64,000 bases of DNA, from assembly GCA_918797485.1 (NCBI GenBank), contig CAKKNE010000004.1, positions 3,348,001-3,412,000 on the forward strand. Reading direction: 5' to 3'. Below the pieces are notes generated by a model. It had not been told where the DNA came from and did not search any database. It saw only the letters and a program-made list of their open reading frames with translations. Shown here one piece after another: positions 9,731 to 19,403 of the stretch. The DNA is from Pelagomonas calceolata (lineage: Eukaryota). How positions within the stretch are numbered: position 1 is the stretch's first letter; each line of letters begins with the position of its first letter. A program made the translations under genes and the position numbers.

Positions 9731-11305
9731 TTACTCGGCGACCGCCACCTTCGCCTCGGGCGCCCCAGCAGCTTTCGACGCTTGGGCCGCCCGGTCCGCC
9801 TCCTCAGCTAAAGCTTTCTCCCCCTCCTCCCTAGACAAAAGCCCGCAGTCCGCAATCTCCACCGCGTATGAAGACGGCGCGTCCTTGTCGTCGACGTCCA
9901 AGGAAGCCACCCTACCAACGAATTCCAGCCCCGACACGACCTCGCCGAAGACCACGTAGGAATCATTACAATGCGTCGCCTCGGCACAGGTAATAAAAAA
10001 CTGGGAATGGTTGCAGTCCTTGCCGCGGTTCGCCATCGCCAGCCGCCCGGGCTTGTCGAACTTGAGCTTGAAGTGCTCATCGGCGAAAGTTCGCCCATAG
10101 ATCGATTCTCCGGAAGATCCATCTCGTCGGTGCACGTCACCGCCCTGAATCATGAAGTCCTTGGCTATTCTATGGATGGGCGTGCCCTTGTAGTGCAACG
10201 CACTGCCTAAGTCCCTTCCTTTCTTGCCGCCTTTACATAGCGCTAAAAAGTTCTTCGATGTCCGAGGGCACGCGTCGGCGAAGACCCGGAGCACAATGGT
10301 ACCATCGAACGGTTGCTCTTCGCTACTACCGCGGGGCGTCGCCCTGATCCTCAAATAAGCGTAGGGGTTCTCAGTAGTAGAGGGAGGCATGGAACTCGGT
10401 TTATCCTTGAACAATGAGGCCTTGTCAAAAGTGCCTCCGAAGGCTTTCTTCTGTTGCTTCGACTGTTCGGCGAATTTCTTCCGTAAATCGCTCCAGGCGC
10501 TTCGCACGGCCTTGTTTTTGGGGTCCAGCGTGTTCGCTTGTTTTAGATCTTCCCTAGCCTCCTCCAGCAGCCCCATGTGCGTCCGCGCCACGCCTCGCCT
10601 GTATAAACCTTTGACAGAGTCCGGGACACATTTTATAGCTCTTGTAGCATAAGCACAGGCCCCGGGCCAGTCCTTCTCGTTCAACGCGCACTGCGACGCG
10701 TTCAGATGCGCACTGAGGTAGATATTCCCCACATCAGTAGGCATCGCCTTGTTCTCGCGCGAGTAGTAGGCCGCGTCGCAGTAGAAGATGGCCTCGGCGA
10801 ATAGAGAACGCGCTTCCGCCCAGTCCTTCTTGCCATAAGCATCCAAACCTGCTTGCTTCTGCTTGGAAGCTTCCGCGAGTTTTTCTTCCGAAGTCATCAT
10901 ATTTAACTCTTTTTTTTTCTCGCCACAACTGAGTAACTCCACATCAAAATGTAAGGTAGCATCGGGCGGTATGGTGGGCGGGTGGCCCTCCTTGCCGTAG
11001 GCCCACTCCGACTCGATTTCTAACAAAGCTCGCTCCCCAACGGCTATCTTCTCAAAAGCCGCGTCCCAGCCCGTGATCACCGACCCGGCGCCCAGCTCGA
11101 ACGTAAAGGGCTGGCCCCTTTTGCGAGAGCAGTCGAACGGTTCCGTACTGCCAGGTAACGTGCCCGTGTAGTGGACGCAGACCTCCATGCCCGGCGCGGC
11201 GTAGACCTTGGGGTTCGTGCCTTCTTTTGTAATGCATTTCCTTACGCCCTGCTGGAGCTCCTCCCAGTCTGGTGTATTTGTTGGTGGGCCGGCTTCGTCG
11301 GACAT
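9731..11305 (-). CDS. Dual-family immunophilin FKBP-TPR-cyclophilin (FCBP-like)
   Basis: VHYTGTL..FDCS..VITGWD..AYG..IPPDATLHFDVEL (FKBP); TPR repeats with KGLYRRG; HRIAKDFMIQGGD..SIYG..LAMANRG..SQFFIT (cyclophilin). Confidence 0.92.
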   Translation of the reverse strand: MSDEAGPPTNTPDWEELQQGVRKCITKEGTNPKVYAAPGMEVCVHYTGTLPGSTEPFDCSRKRGQPFTFELGAGSVITGWDAAFEKIAVGERALLEIESEWAYGKEGHPPTIPPDATLHFDVELLSCGEKKKELNMMTSEEKLAEASKQKQAGLDAYGKKDWAEARSLFAEAIFYCDAAYYSRENKAMPTDVGNIYLSAHLNASQCALNEKDWPGACAYATRAIKCVPDSVKGLYRRGVARTHMGLLEEAREDLKQANTLDPKNKAVRSAWSDLRKKFAEQSKQQKKAFGGTFDKASLFKDKPSSMPPSTTENPYAYLRIRATPRGSSEEQPFDGTIVLRVFADACPRTSKNFLALCKGGKKGRDLGSALHYKGTPIHRIAKDFMIQGGDVHRRDGSSGESIYGRTFADEHFKLKFDKPGRLAMANRGKDCNHSQFFITCAEATHCNDSYVVFGEVVSGLEFVGRVASLDVDDKDAPSSYAVEIADCGLLSREEGEKALAEEADRAAQASKAAGAPEAKVAVAE

Positions 11306-11499
11306 GTTTGTAGCGCTCGCGGCGGTGGCGTGAGAGTGGTGTCTGAGGGTCGCGGCTGTCAAACTCCGCGGCGACGGCTCGGTTTGCACTCAAATTTGCA
11401 AGGGACCTAGTTCGCTGGTACGGCTAGCATTCGCGGCGATAGCTTCGTCTGCGATGATAGATGGGCTGTGCGAGCTCGCAAAGTTTGCGATGTCTTCGA

Positions 11500-11522
11500 G
11501 CCAGCGTCCGTATCACACTAGC
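11500..11522 (-). promoter_or_regulatory. CTAG-dyad upstream motif (degenerate)
   Basis: + strand GCCAGCGTCCGTATCACACTAGC. Confidence 0.45.
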
Positions 11523-11836
11523 AAACCGCCAGGTTTTGAACGACCGGCGCGCCTGCTGAGGATGACTCGTATCCCTCCTTCGCGCGTAACAGGTGGCCCA
11601 GAAGCTTGAGTTAGGAGTGACCGCGGTCAATTTTGTGCCGGTCGCATTGGCGTTTGGGCGTCCGTGAGGACCCTGTGGCGGCCAGATTTGGCTGCGAGGC
11701 CGCAGGACTCATTTTTTTGGTCACAGCACCGCAACGGTTGCCGCGCGTTCGGTTCTACGACGTGTTTGCACGCATTCTGGTGAGGGCACCAAACTAGACA
11801 AAAAGGCGCCGCCGCCGCGCACCGGTGGCACAAAAA

Positions 11837-14284
11837 ATGGAGCGCTACGACTGCAAGAAGGTGGTGGGAAGGGGCACCTACGGAAGCGCGGTAGTAGCGA
11901 CGCGCAAGGCCGATGGACTGCGCTGCGTCATCAAGACCATCGGTCTAAGGTCCTTGTCTCGAGGCGAAGCGAAATTAGTCCGACAAGAAGCGAGACTACT
12001 CGCTACCTTGAGGCACCCGCACATCGTCTCGCACCTCGAGTCGTTTGGAAGGAGGAACTCGCACGGCGGACGAGAAGTGTGTATTGTGATGGAGTACTGC
12101 TCGGGCGGTGATCTAGAACAGTGGGTTTCGAGACGAAGGCAACAACGCAAGAAGCCCTCGGAAGGCACAGCCCTCAGAATCTTCGCGCAAGCCTGCATGG
12201 CTTTAGAACATGTACATGCTCATAGAGTGGTCCATCGGGACGTCAAGACGTCGAACCTATTCATTACGAGGGATGCGGAGGGGCCACCCGTCGTCAAGTT
12301 GGGGGACTTCGGCATTTCGCGCGTGTTGGGCGCGACTGGGGATTTAGCAGCGACCGCGGTCGGAACGCCTTGCTATATGGCTCCGGAATTACTCGACGAA
12401 AGGCCCTACGACTACAAGGCCGACGTCTGGTCCGCGGGATGCGTGTTGTTCGAGTTACTTAATTTGAAGCGGGCGTTCGAGGCTCGGAGCATGCCGGCTC
12501 TCGTTAGACTAGTGATGAGGGGTCGAGGTGCGGGCTTTCCCTGTCTCGATGCTACTTTTACGTCCGAATTGCGACGGTTATTTGCGAAACTACTGTCGCC
12601 GAAGCCTCGCGATAGGCCGGACATTGTCGAGATTCTCAGAGCACCGATCGTCGTCACGGCGTGCGACCGGGTGCGGGACGGGTATTCTGGGGAGAGTTCA
12701 CCTCCATCACAACCGGTGGTTCCTGAGGAGGAGCTGCGCCAGCGGTTGAAAGTGCCCAAGCCGCCTTGTAGGCCGGCGCAGCCCGTCGCGCAAAAGCGCC
12801 GCCTCGACCTGCCTGCCGCGAAGCAACGGTTGGACTCCAAATTCGACGACGCCAAGACACCAGCAAGGCCGCCGCCGCGCTTCGTCGCTCGAGCGAGGGC
12901 CGCCGAGGAGCGCGTCCTCGAACGGGCGAAGCGCGCGCGCGCTATTAGGGGTCATGGTCAGAGGCGCCTCGCGACGCTGGACGAGGATGCCAAGCAAGCG
13001 CCCGTCGAAGACGACGCGTCGTCGTCCTCATCAGAATCAGAGGACGAGGCCTCCTCCTCGGACGAAGTGGAAGAGAAGCCGCAGCCGAAGAAGGAGCAGG
13101 CCGAGTACAAGGCGTTAGGTGGAGGCTGGTGGCTGAAGCGCGACGCGGCCTCGGACCGGTGGTTCTACGTCAACGAGGCCTCGGGCCACTCGCAGTGGGA
13201 CCTGCCCGACGGCGTCTCTACCAATGCGCCGCGCGCCGACGGCGTGGATGCGGCGGCGGCGAAGCGCGTGCGCGACGCCGTGCGGGCGCGCGTCGCCGCG
13301 CGCGCCGGCGCCGCCGCGCGGCGCGCGCGCGGCCCGTCGCCCTCCGCGGCGCCCGCGGCCCCGGCGCCGCGCGCCACGCCACCGGCGCCCGCGCCGGCGC
13401 GCCGGCCTTCTCAACCGGCACCCGCGCCGGCGCCGGCGCGGCGCCCGTCGCCCCCTGCGCAAGCGGCCCCGGCGCGGCGCCCGTCGCCGCCCGCGCCCGC
13501 GCCGGTGCGGCGCTCGTCTTCGGCGCCCGAACCGCGCCAGTCGCCGCCGGAAGGAGCGGCGCGGCGCCCGTCGCCAGCACAAGCGCCGGCGCCGGCGCCA
13601 GCCGCGGCGTCGTGGCTCGGCTCCCTCGAGGCGCGCATGGGCCGGCTCCGCGAGCAGCTCGGCGGCCTGCCCCGGCCGCCGCCGCCGGTGCATCGCGTGG
13701 CCATCCCCTTCGAGTCGCCGGATACATCATCGGGCCCGGCGGCCGACGACGCGAGCGACGACGCGTCGCCCGCGCGCAAGGAGAACACGCCACCGCAACG
13801 GCCCGCGAAGGGCCCCGCGCTCGCCGCGGCGCACGTGCGCGAGCGCGCCAAGCTCAAGGCCGACGCGGCGTCGGCCGCTGCCAAAGCGGAAGCGGCGGCG
13901 GCCGCGCGCGAGGCGGCGCAGCCGTCCGCCGCCGAACGACGCGCCTCTGCCCGAGAAAAGTCGCGAGCCGAGTTCCGGGCCAAAATAGCGGCGGACCGCC
14001 GCGGCCGGTCGCCCTCGAAGCGCGATGATAAAGTGGAGGTCCTCGCCGGCCCGATTCCGCCGCTGTCGCCGGCGCGGCCGCCCGTCGTCGCGCCCGTCTC
14101 GCCGGGCACGACGGACGCCGAGGTCCAGGACCTCGTCGCCAAGCTGCGCGCGACGCTCGCGCGACGGAAGGACAAGGCGCCGTCCGACGACGACGTCGTG
14201 CGCGCGGTCCTCGCGGGGCGCGCGGACGCGTGGCCGCCGCCGCCGCGGCGCACCGGCGAAGAGTTCTTCGACGCCCGCTCGTGA
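11837..14284 (+). CDS. NIMA-related (NEK) Ser/Thr kinase with a WW domain and Pro/Ala-rich tail
   Basis: GRGTYG, HRDVKTSNLF, KLGDFGISR, GTPCYMAPE, YDYKADVWS; WW-like GWW...WFYVNEASGHSQWDLP. Confidence 0.9.
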   Translation: MERYDCKKVVGRGTYGSAVVATRKADGLRCVIKTIGLRSLSRGEAKLVRQEARLLATLRHPHIVSHLESFGRRNSHGGREVCIVMEYCSGGDLEQWVSRRRQQRKKPSEGTALRIFAQACMALEHVHAHRVVHRDVKTSNLFITRDAEGPPVVKLGDFGISRVLGATGDLAATAVGTPCYMAPELLDERPYDYKADVWSAGCVLFELLNLKRAFEARSMPALVRLVMRGRGAGFPCLDATFTSELRRLFAKLLSPKPRDRPDIVEILRAPIVVTACDRVRDGYSGESSPPSQPVVPEEELRQRLKVPKPPCRPAQPVAQKRRLDLPAAKQRLDSKFDDAKTPARPPPRFVARARAAEERVLERAKRARAIRGHGQRRLATLDEDAKQAPVEDDASSSSSESEDEASSSDEVEEKPQPKKEQAEYKALGGGWWLKRDAASDRWFYVNEASGHSQWDLPDGVSTNAPRADGVDAAAAKRVRDAVRARVAARAGAAARRARGPSPSAAPAAPAPRATPPAPAPARRPSQPAPAPAPARRPSPPAQAAPARRPSPPAPAPVRRSSSAPEPRQSPPEGAARRPSPAQAPAPAPAAASWLGSLEARMGRLREQLGGLPRPPPPVHRVAIPFESPDTSSGPAADDASDDASPARKENTPPQRPAKGPALAAAHVRERAKLKADAASAAAKAEAAAAAREAAQPSAAERRASAREKSRAEFRAKIAADRRGRSPSKRDDKVEVLAGPIPPLSPARPPVVAPVSPGTTDAEVQDLVAKLRATLARRKDKAPSDDDVVRAVLAGRADAWPPPPRRTGEEFFDARS

Positions 14285-14331
14285 TCTTTCTTTCGACCTG
14301 TGGTAAAGTTTTCTACAAGACAGTTACTTAT

Positions 14332-15981
14332 CTACTTTCGCGCCCCGAAGACGAAGGGCTCCTCTTGTCCCGAGGCGTTTGCGCCAAAGGCGAAGGGCTT
14401 GTCCGAGTGCGTTTCCGGCGTGACGGCGGGCGGTTCCGCGACGCTTGCGCCGAAGACGAAGGGCTTGGCCGGCGAGACTTCCACGACAGGACTCGGGGCC
14501 CGAAATGCGAGCCGCCCCGCCGCCGCCGCAGCGAGCCCGTCGCGCTCCACCGCGAGCCTGTCACGCTCTGCCGCGACCGCCGCGAAGGCTGCGTTGGCGG
14601 CCGCAAGCGCGTCTGCTTTCATGGCCGCAGGCCCGTAATAGTCGGCCACAGGCCCGCAGTAGTCCTCGTCGTCCGGGTCGGCCTTCCGCTGGTAGTCCTC
14701 CACATCATCAAGATTTTCCACCACCACGGGCGGCGACTGGAGCGGCTTGCCAGCCATAAGTGCCCGGAGATCGACCATGAAGGCCTCCATCGCTGCCTTA
14801 TCGTCGGGAATGTCGGTAACCCGCATCTCGTGCGCGGCGAGCTCGAGATCCTTTACCTGGGAGGGCGACATAGATGGAACGGCGTCGAGTATGTATTCTC
14901 GGAGATATTCGTTATGGTTTCTCCCGAGGATGAAACCAACAAACTCAAGCAGAGAAGGGGCGAGACAGGGATGGGTGGCTAATACGTCGTTGTGCCTGGC
15001 AGATTTGTAAGTCCCATAGTGGAATTTGAGGCGGCGTAGATTTGGCAAATCATTGATGAAGTCCCATGCACCCCAGCCATCTAGAGTTCCTTCAAGCTCC
15101 AGGCGCACGAGAGACGACGCGCAGGCGTACTCCGTAGGCAGCGCGGTTAAGTTATTGTTTCCGTTCAGCGTAAGCACCTCGAGCATGGGCGGCCCACGCG
15201 CGAGCACGGCTGTTTCCTCCAGCTGTGGCATGTAGTCGGCGCGGAGAACGCGCAGCGTGCATAACGGGACGAGGGCCTCCGGCAGCTCGACGAGCGATTG
15301 ACCCGACAAGTCGAGCTCGACGAGAGCCGGTTGATTCCACAGCCGGAGCCACGAGCTGTCGTCGGAGGGCCAAGGATTTGGGGGGACACACGCCAGTTTT
15401 GAGCACAAGAGCCGACCCTCGCGCGCCAGGACGTCAGCATCCACGCCGAGACCAACTACTTTTAGCGGCGTAAGAGTGGATGCGACTTCGAGCCGCATGG
15501 CCGAACGGCGCGCAACCGCTGCGAACACGAGAGACGAGAGTCTCCACGCCTTGCGCATGCGCACCACCGATAGTGCGGGCGCGTTATCAATGAAAAGTGA
15601 GAGTCCCTGCCAGTATCGGGTGATGGTTGTGCGAGAGAAGCCTCGCGTATCAGAATCGAGCAGCACGAGCTCGTTCGTCCAACGCAACGGCGCGTACGCG
15701 CGGGGCGGGACCGTCGAGAGCATGCGCACCGCGTCCGCTTGCGAGAGCAGCGTGACCCGCCACACCGTCGGCGCGTGCTCACCAGTTGTCACGAGTGTTT
15801 CGCGCGCGTACTTCTCGCTCGCCGCCAGCGCGACTCGTTGCGAACCATCGAGGTAGCGCTGCGCCAGCGCGACGAAAACGCAGGGCGGTAGCTTTTTAAA
15901 GGGAGAAAGTTTTTGCTCATCCTGGCAGGTGAGAGAGCCGAGCTCGTTTTGGAGCGCGTCAACTGCTTCGTTCGCAGCCAT
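14332..15981 (-). CDS. LRR protein with F-box-like N-terminus and FG-type C-terminal repeats
   Basis: LVELDLSGQSLVELP and LEVLTLNGNNNLTALP LRRs; FKKLPPCVF F-box-like start; three PF(V/A)FGA repeats. Confidence 0.65.
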   Translation of the reverse strand: MAANEAVDALQNELGSLTCQDEQKLSPFKKLPPCVFVALAQRYLDGSQRVALAASEKYARETLVTTGEHAPTVWRVTLLSQADAVRMLSTVPPRAYAPLRWTNELVLLDSDTRGFSRTTITRYWQGLSLFIDNAPALSVVRMRKAWRLSSLVFAAVARRSAMRLEVASTLTPLKVVGLGVDADVLAREGRLLCSKLACVPPNPWPSDDSSWLRLWNQPALVELDLSGQSLVELPEALVPLCTLRVLRADYMPQLEETAVLARGPPMLEVLTLNGNNNLTALPTEYACASSLVRLELEGTLDGWGAWDFINDLPNLRRLKFHYGTYKSARHNDVLATHPCLAPSLLEFVGFILGRNHNEYLREYILDAVPSMSPSQVKDLELAAHEMRVTDIPDDKAAMEAFMVDLRALMAGKPLQSPPVVVENLDDVEDYQRKADPDDEDYCGPVADYYGPAAMKADALAAANAAFAAVAAERDRLAVERDGLAAAAAGRLAFRAPSPVVEVSPAKPFVFGASVAEPPAVTPETHSDKPFAFGANASGQEEPFVFGARK

Positions 15982-16170
15982 GTTGGTGTGCTAAATCAAA
16001 AGTAGCTCTCAGAGTGCTGTCTCAGAGTGCTGAGCCACAGCGGCGACCTATGCGCGAGCTCGCACGCCGCCTCGAAATGGCTGCGCGTTGCTCCTGCGCT
16101 GGTCTACGGTGCCATACGAGAAGTTATGCGCTGGCTACGGTCCCGCAAAAAAAGGCGCCTTCATCCGACA

Positions 16171-16194
16171 GCTAGCGTCCTGTAAGCCACTAGC
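16171..16194 (-). promoter_or_regulatory. CTAG-dyad upstream motif
   Basis: + strand GCTAGCGTCCTGTAAGCCACTAGC, 190 bp before ATG 15981. Confidence 0.7.
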
Positions 16195-16198
16195 AAGA

Positions 16199-17089
16199 TC
16201 ACACACACGTATTTAGATAACTAGCGCCGCCGTTCTTCGCGTCGCAGAACGCCGCGGCCGCCTCCCAGTCGACGACGGTTGCCCGGCAGCCCGCGGCGGC
16301 CGCGTCGACGGACGAGCCGGCCGCGACGAACGCCGCGCCGCGCGGGAGTTGGACCGCGTCGCTGTCGACCCAATACACACAGGTCTCGCACTCGTCGAGG
16401 CACCGGTCGAACATGGCGCGGTCGTCGCCGCGCGTCGCCCGCCGGAAGAGGACGTCGTCGTAGCCTTCCTCGCGCCGCGCGACGTCTTCGGGGACAACTG
16501 CCGATTCGACGCGCACGAGGCGCGCGAGTGGCTCCGTCGGGTCGGCCCGCCGCGCCGCCTCGCCGCGGATGCCGCTCGTGAAAATTTCGCACATGTCCTC
16601 GAACACGTCGTCGTCGTCCTCGATCGCGCAGAGCACGTCGACGCAACCGCGCCGCCGCGCCGTCAGGAGGCGCCGTGCCCGCCCAAGTGCCCAATCAAGG
16701 GACGGCTCGCTCGACTCCGGCGCCGTCGCGCGGACGAGGATGTCGTCGTTCAGGCGCGCGACTCTGTGGGCGCGGGCGTTGCTGCGCGCCCACGCATTGC
16801 CCGCGGCCGCTTCCAGCGCCGCTCGGCGCGAGTCTACTTCTCGTCTTGCCGTGTCGTCGGCAACGAAAAGCTCGATGGTCGGATGCGCGAGCGGTGCTGG
16901 CTCGTGGAGCGTCGGGTCGACGACGAATGCAGTGGCGTTAGTGAGCTTCATCAATCTCGTCGCCAACGTGCCATCTGGGTCGACCGCTCTCGGTGGAGCT
17001 GTGAGCAGCACTGCATTGTTGCTGCGCACCATGAGCTCAGGTGGTGTGAGGGCCGCTGCGCTGCAGAGGCATGGAATAAGGAATAGCAT
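16199..17089 (-). CDS. Hypothetical protein with signal peptide
   Basis: Long ORF with a hydrophobic N-terminus; divergent from the TylF gene across a promoter motif. Confidence 0.6.
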   Translation of the reverse strand: MLFLIPCLCSAAALTPPELMVRSNNAVLLTAPPRAVDPDGTLATRLMKLTNATAFVVDPTLHEPAPLAHPTIELFVADDTARREVDSRRAALEAAAGNAWARSNARAHRVARLNDDILVRATAPESSEPSLDWALGRARRLLTARRRGCVDVLCAIEDDDDVFEDMCEIFTSGIRGEAARRADPTEPLARLVRVESAVVPEDVARREEGYDDVLFRRATRGDDRAMFDRCLDECETCVYWVDSDAVQLPRGAAFVAAGSSVDAAAAGCRATVVDWEAAAAFCDAKNGGASYLNTCV

Positions 17090-17202
17090 CAGCACGGGGG
17101 TGGTTCAGAAACTGTTGGGAGCATGCGTGAATGCACGTATACCGCGTTGGGCAGCCTGTGCAGACCGCATGCGCGTCGCGCCTAGCCAACCTTGCTCTCG
17201 GA

Positions 17203-17224
17203 GCTAGCGCTGTAAGACACTAGC
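17203..17224 (-). promoter_or_regulatory. CTAG-dyad upstream motif
   Basis: + strand GCTAGCGCTGTAAGACACTAGC. Confidence 0.7.
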
Positions 17225-17354
17225 AAACGTCGAGCGTCGAGCTCGAGCGCGAAAAGGCAGCAGCCCGAGCGCTCGCGCTGCTTGCGCGAGACGCGCACCG
17301 TCGCAGCGCTGTAACACGTGCCCATTATTACTGCTTGGGCAGCCTTATCGAACG

Positions 17355-19007
17355 ATGCGCAGCCTGTCACTACTCATCCTGATCTACGACGCCATCGCAG
17401 ACGAGACCTTCGTGCCAAGAACATTAGTAGAAACGGACGACATCCCTCTCAATGGCGAGGACTCTACTGATGCCGGCGCGGCCTTGGTGAAAAGTGGCGC
17501 CTACGCGGAGCTCCGCCAAGCAGCACAAACGACCAGCGCTACATTAGAACTGCGAGCGAACGCCGCGCTCACTTACCTACTCGAGGGCGATCTGACCACC
17601 GCGGACATCGTGCTCTCGCATTTAGCAAGGTGGTGCCGCACGAAGTGGAACAAGACGCTGCCGGATAATGATGAAATAGCGTGGCTCCACGCGCCGTGCG
17701 GGGCCGTCAAGAAGAACTTATTCTGGACCTTGGAGACGCGCGAGACGCACTTCCAGCTCTGGGACCTGCAGGAGGAGATCATGGACACGTACAAAGCGAG
17801 ATTGCGTGCTGCCCTGCGCGGCGTCGGCACGTCAGAAGGAAAAGCGCTCTCGGTCTACGACGTGGGACTAGGCGACGCCGTCTGCAAGCACCGCACGTTA
17901 CAAGAGCAGATCCAGAACCCCTGTTCCCCAACGATGCACGGGTCCGCGGCCACAACCCTGAAGGTGGAAGACGCCTACCTGGATCTGTTGAGACGGGGCC
18001 TGACGAATTTTTTGCACGCGGACTGGCAGAACATGGACTGGCGGCCCTACCTCGAGGAGGAAGGTTTAACACATGACGCAAAGGCCTGTTCGGTACAGGA
18101 GCTGTCGCACGTGCCACCGGCCCAGGCCTGCGAGCAGCCCTGGGGTCCGGCCTGGCGCGCCGCCGGCGTGTCTGGATTGGCCTCGGGAAAGGAGGGCGAG
18201 GAGGCCGAGCGGCAGAGGAGGCGCTTCCAGACGACGTTGGCTGTTGCCGACTTAGTTCATTTGGAGGTCGTCGTGGACACTATTTTAACAGATAATGTAA
18301 AGGGCGACTTCATGGAGGCCGGCGTCTTTAGGGGAGGCGCCTGCATCATGCTGAGGGGGCTCCTGGCAGCTAAACGGGACGTGCATCGCAGAGTGTACGT
18401 CGCGGACTCGTTCGCGGGCATCCCGCCGCCGCGGCGCGCCATCGAGGACGTGTCGACGGGCAAGGTCCTGGATCCGGAGCTCGACCCGACGTTTGATTGG
18501 GTGGATCGGTTTGTGGCGGGCGAGGATTTGGTGCGGTACAACTTCCGGCGGTACGGGCTGCTGGACGATCGCGTTCGATTTTTGAGGGGCTTCTTCAACG
18601 AGAGCCTGCCGCCGGTTTTCGGGTCCACGTCGACAGAACGACCTGTTACAATCAACAATGCCCCGACTCTAGCGTTATTGCGCATCGACGCCGACGCCTA
18701 CGACGGTGTGCTGGACGCTCTGGAGGGCGCCTACCACCGCCTGTCGCCGGGCGGCTTCGTGATTATCGACGACTGGCACCTCGGCGGCGCGCGCGCGGCG
18801 GTCCACGCGTTCCGGCGGCGGTTTTCCATCAAAGGCCCGATCCGGTCGTCGCCGTCGGATTTGGTTCTCACGTGTTCAACGGATCTGACGGCGGTGGCGT
18901 CCTGCGCCACGGGCCGCGCCTTGCTCGCGCAGAGCAAGGCCTACACGGTGACGGTCCTGCCGCACGTCGCGTACTGGCGGAAGGGCTGGGACGAGCCCGG
19001 GCCCTAG
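17355..19007 (+). CDS. TylF/MycF-family O-methyltransferase with signal peptide
   Basis: GDFMEAGVFRGG, VADSFAGIP, LRGFFNESLP, LLRIDADAYD, LSPGGFVIIDDW. Confidence 0.9.
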   Translation: MRSLSLLILIYDAIADETFVPRTLVETDDIPLNGEDSTDAGAALVKSGAYAELRQAAQTTSATLELRANAALTYLLEGDLTTADIVLSHLARWCRTKWNKTLPDNDEIAWLHAPCGAVKKNLFWTLETRETHFQLWDLQEEIMDTYKARLRAALRGVGTSEGKALSVYDVGLGDAVCKHRTLQEQIQNPCSPTMHGSAATTLKVEDAYLDLLRRGLTNFLHADWQNMDWRPYLEEEGLTHDAKACSVQELSHVPPAQACEQPWGPAWRAAGVSGLASGKEGEEAERQRRRFQTTLAVADLVHLEVVVDTILTDNVKGDFMEAGVFRGGACIMLRGLLAAKRDVHRRVYVADSFAGIPPPRRAIEDVSTGKVLDPELDPTFDWVDRFVAGEDLVRYNFRRYGLLDDRVRFLRGFFNESLPPVFGSTSTERPVTINNAPTLALLRIDADAYDGVLDALEGAYHRLSPGGFVIIDDWHLGGARAAVHAFRRRFSIKGPIRSSPSDLVLTCSTDLTAVASCATGRALLAQSKAYTVTVLPHVAYWRKGWDEPGP

Positions 19008-19110
19008 TTTTTTTCTTCGCGATGGCGTGCCCCTCTACGCCGTCGAGGCGACGCGCGGTCGCGGCGATGGCGTGCTGGTGCCGTATTTATCTTAGCTTAA
19101 GTATAGTTGT

Positions 19111-19245
19111 GTGTCTTACTCTTACTCCGTTACTCCGCGACGCGAGCCCGCGCTCCGCCGTGCGCGTGTGGCGTAATCGACTCCCAAATCGCCGCAGAAT
19201 TAGGTAGCTCGTCAGCCTGCACGCGAGCCGCGGCTTCGGCGGACC
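19111..19245 (-). pseudogene. Decayed duplicate of the 3' end of the Ldh_2 dehydrogenase gene (functional copy at 27111-27222)
   Basis: Reads EAAARVQADELPNSAAIWESIT versus EAAARVQADELPIPKAIWESIT, with several short duplications near the stop. Confidence 0.85.
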
Positions 19246-19403
19246 AGCAAAGCTAAAAGAAAAAAAAACGGGTTTTCTAGCTTTTTGCCGCGCCTTGGGG
19301 CGTAAACCCGTTTTGCAGACTTAGCTAAACTCCGGAATACCAGAGCTGGGTTAAGTCCGCGCCCCGCGGCCCCCGGGCCACGGGAGGGAGCGCGGCCGCG
19401 TCC

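Noticed and set aside
13320..13610. Repetitive GC-rich array (PAPARRPS units)
   Set aside because: Low-complexity coding repeat within the NEK kinase tail; not a CRISPR array or satellite.
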